Shown: positions 61,315-64,000 of the stretch, one piece after another
Layout of the letters: every line of letters starts with the position of its first letter
Numbering within the stretch: the first letter of the stretch is position 1
Assembly: GCA_030704615.1 (NCBI GenBank)
Contig: CM060734.1
Location: 24,118,001-24,182,000 of the forward strand
From: Takakia lepidozioides
Lineage: Eukaryota; Plantae; Bryophyta
Direction: 5' to 3'
DNA: 64,000 nt
Program-made: the position numbers and the translations under genes
Notes under the pieces: model-generated
The model's database searches: none
What the model saw: the letters and a program-made list of their open reading frames with translations, nothing else
Told to the model about the DNA's origin: nothing

Positions 61315-61573
61315 GCATTTCCTTGTCGGAGGTCGAATGAGGAAAGCAAGATTTCGGAAAGCAGAAAAACATGAACCCTCCAACATACAAAAATACATGC
61401 ACGTGGAAACAAGTGAACGATATAGTAATATCTTAGTTCGAGCAAAACAGGTTACTGGTAGGCAAGACATATGTCGGACCTTTCTGTGGCCAGAGTCTGA
61501 GGTACTGGCAGCAGTACAGTTCTACTATCCGAAAAGGATGGGCGTACCATTGTATGGGGACCGCAAGCCAAGC

Positions 61574-64000
61574 TCACTGGTCCCCTGGATCCATATTCAG
61601 AAGAGTGTGAACCTCCTGGGGGCTCAACCCTGGTGCATGTATGAAGTGATGAGTTGTGGAATTACAACGGAGTCTCTTTAGGTACACGTAGTACAAATGC
61701 TTGCAAGGGCAGTATGATGCCCCCTTGTTCGCCATGATCTGGAAGTCGGTGCAATTGCAGGTGGGTAATTCTGAAATGGTGATGGTGTACACCTCATTGC
61801 GAACAGCTGAGCCCGCCGTGGCCATCTGATACACACGCCCGAATCCTGGTGGGGGCACTTCTGTCGAGCTCTGGATTGTACAGTTCATCCGAAGTGCATT
61901 CCCTATCCTCGTCTCGTTCACTTTTGAGGGAGGTCGCCGCCTCTTCGGTTTCCCCCAACGGTGTGTAGGATGCTTAGAGCTGTCGTGTCCCATTGTTCTT
62001 GCTCTCACAGGGGTCGGTGGTGGAGGCTGTGGAAGCGGAAATGGTTCTTTGGGGACGTCAGTGCGCTGCACCATCCGAAATCCTGCGGCGGTAAGGGCGT
62101 CGGCCTCAACCTGACTCAGATCGCAGCCTGGTTCCACCGGCCACACCGGGGGAGCCTCTGGCATTGTTTGTATGCCGTACTTGGGCTTTCCATACACGCA
62201 AGTCATAATGTCGTGCCTGCAGAACCAGAACTGGGTGGTTGTCGCCTCCGCAAACTTTGCATGGACAAATCTTCTTGTAAAAGTAGGAGCAGGGACAGCC
62301 CCATCTGGATTCCTCCTTATCATCTCTAAACAACGTTGCCGTGTATCCACACAAATTGCGGAATACCTTCCTCGAAACGACGGCTTTGTGCGAGCAATTC
62401 TCCACTGTGAGGCAGACACAGTCGTCTCCACAATGGCTTGGCCATACTGCATAACAGCGGGCGGAATCTGGGGCAAGGGAGCGGTGGGAATTTTTTGCAC
62501 GAAATCCCCGGTTGAAGGCGACGACGATCTGGAATTTCTTGGGCTTCCACTGCTGGAAGACACATTGTGCGGCAACATGACGGGACCTCGAGGTGCTATC
62601 CGAATGTTCCTGTCGGATCTCCAGGAATCCTCTTCGCACCCGGGTTCCTCTTCAATCCTCCACCTGACAGGGCGAGTCCGGACGTCCCCCTCTAGGTGTT
62701 CACCTCTGCGGTGCAGAGGCGTCCCTTTGATCTTCTCTCGCAATGCTGTCGCCCATTTCACTGGATTCTTGGACCTCGAAGCGGTTCGTACCAACAATTC
62801 CTCCCTGTCCGGCCCAAAGCCCCATTGTTTGCCGCTCAGGAACTTGTAGTACGTGGCTTGCTGCATGATTGCTCTGTCGATGTCCTCCGTTGTGGCCGTC
62901 ACTACGTCCACCAGATGTGCGGCAGAAGACGCTCGCCAAGAAGAGTGGACCGATTCTGCCATATTCGTGTTCGGCATGTCCGTGTTGGAATCCAAGCACC
63001 GCTCCTAGAAGGACACAAATAATGGTGAGGGACCAATCGAAATGTCCGTAACAGAAAGACAAATGAACGAAATTGACAGCAGCCTACCTCCCGCATGTAC
63101 TGTCTGAACTGTCGATACCAAAAATGCCACCACCCCAACCAGCTGTGCAATGCTCCCAGATTGGTTGTCTCCACTGCACCTGACATGTTCCACCAAGCCT
63201 CGATGATAGCAAACTTAACCTCCGCGTCATCAAATGTGGGTGCATCCTTCCACGCCGTACAAAGGACACGGTGTTCAGCCTGGAATGAGCTAGCAACAAA
63301 TTTGGTAGTGTAGTGGGATAGACTCTGCATCCAATGGAATCCACAGGATCTCTCTTTCCCCTCCATTGGAACATTGGGGTCCTCACCGTACACACGCCGC
63401 ACCGCTGCCCAGTTGGCCTGAGCGTTGTCTGCCATGAATCCCCTGAAATTGGGCTCTGGCAATCCCGCCCTTGCCATCTGCTCGTTTATGCCCTCCCACA
63501 AATGCATCTCGGACTGTGTGTCCTCCCCTTTCATCTCGCAGATTGCAATCGTCATGAGCCTCTTGGAGTGATAGTCATAAACATGCGCACCCATAGTCAC
63601 CCACTGATGGTTTGTAATTCGCTTGATGTGATCAAACATCACCCAAGCATTCGACAAGTTTCCAGTTGTCATGCGAGTGACCAAGTCGACTCCACTCCCA
63701 GGCCCACACGTCGACATTTTGAAAATGTAACAACTATCGGATTCGCTGCCTTGCCCTGGAAACCTGCTACCTTGGATGTAGTCATATCCAGTCATTCGTT
63801 TCACCTCCAGGATTGAGTACATGTCCGACCCCCTGCCGAACTCCTGCTTGCAAGATACGATGTGATTCCGCACATTCGGACTACAAACGTGCGAGACGGA
63901 CTCCAAGAGGTCACGCATCTCGTCTTCGGTCAAAGGCTCTCGGTTGGAACCATCTTCAGACATGATTTTGCCAAGAGCAATCTTGTGGGCTGCCTTCAGC
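61574..64000 (-). CDS. Subfamily-B MULE transposase, 3' part (exons >64000-63088, 63004-61574)
   Basis: Near-identical to B1; intact DDE residues and SWIM TCNC...CKH; intron 63087-63005. Confidence 0.85.

Larger units (their letters stand above)
56906..64000 (-). mobile_element. MULE-like subfamily B copy B3 (runs off window) with a 4.2-kb inverted internal segment
   Basis: 56906-57079 matches the B1 terminus 11571-11741, and 61309 onward matches B1 from ~12125. Confidence 0.8.

Overview
This is eukaryotic, transposon-saturated DNA with GT-AG introns. It is probably from a non-seed land plant such as a bryophyte (inferred from the element types). No ordinary host gene is recognisable. The window is dominated by copies of a large Mutator-like (MULE) DNA transposon in two subfamilies: A at 1-6900 and 23255-43698, and B at 11571-~16565 and 56906->64000. 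The two-exon transposase (~1170 aa) has a GCM-like Zn DNA-binding domain, a D-D-CxxH-E catalytic core and a C-terminal SWIM finger. The only copy with both ends (23255-43698; ~13.5 kb once a nested LTR element is removed) carries a second, divergently transcribed multi-exon gene. That gene encodes a ParB/Srx-like domain (DGNHR) and a C-terminal beta-class N4C/N6A DNA-methyltransferase-like domain. The non-coding parts of the elements are arrays of a 22-bp palindrome: GGAAATTCGGCGCCGAATTTCC in A and GGAAATGCGGCGCCGCATTTCC in B, a compensatory change. Palindrome centres are spaced at 53, 74 and 95/96 bp, i.e. about 5, 7 and 9 helical turns. This is the candidate undescribed system: a transposon with a putative epigenetic writer/reader and family-specific phased binding arrays. 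Also present are a very young full-length chromovirus (33224-40158, 5-bp TSD), two 3' halves of an Athila/Tat-like Ty3 element with an extra ORF, a PHD-finger Ty3 fragment, a LINE fragment and several fold-back rearrangements. All domain calls are by-eye motif recognition, not database hits. Many frameshifts lie in homopolymers and may be assembly errors.
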